A stretch of DNA of 63,812 bases, counting the filler, from Octopus bimaculoides (lineage: Eukaryota): assembly GCF_001194135.2 (NCBI RefSeq). It is 8 parts of 7 records of this genome, joined end to end, with 100 filler letters (N's around TTAATTAATTAA, not from the genome) between each part and the next. Parts side by side here need not be neighbours in the genome. Positions count along the whole stretch, not along the records: positions 62,645 to 63,812 come from NC_068987.1; 7 more parts are not named here. One strand, written 5' to 3'. Positions 63,794-63,812 of this stretch are shown one piece after another. The position numbers and the translations under genes were made by a program. How positions within the stretch are numbered: the first letter of the stretch is position 1; every line of letters starts with the position of its first letter. The notes below the pieces were generated by a model, which was given only the letters and a program-made list of their open reading frames with translations, was not told where the DNA came from and made no database searches.

Positions 63794-63812
63794 CATTATT
63801 ATTATCATTATT

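Overview
Eukaryotic, AT-rich, microsatellite-laden DNA. The tRNA-derived SINE families and repeat landscape look like Octopus (inference from recognised repeat types, no database search run). The window is not one locus: seven identical 100-bp spacers (44 N + TTAATTAATTAA + 44 N) join eight unrelated assembly pieces (1-17711, 17812-27156, 27257-33119, 33220-43090, 43191-55904, 56005-60720, 60821-62544, 62645-63812), and there are many ordinary N gaps. No complete gene, tRNA, rRNA or CRISPR array is visible, and almost all long ORFs in the supplied track are N-run or microsatellite artefacts. Supported content: two phase-1 exons encoding MAM-domain N-terminal halves (18004-18123, 22858-23001); a few orphan exon candidates; more than 20 SINE copies; R4/Dong-like retrotransposon 3' ends; at least two kinds of Penelope-like elements; Tx1/L1, CR1 and RTE-like fragments; and Tc1, maT, mariner and hAT transposase remnants. 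The most interesting observations are several minimal hammerhead-ribozyme motifs (one apparently intact at 37259-37304), head-to-tail R4 chains nested in their own (TAA)n or (GAA)n tails, and an inverted duplication at 1154-1490 that crosses a junction expected only in a circular or tandem template. I do not see convincing evidence for a wholly new biological system.
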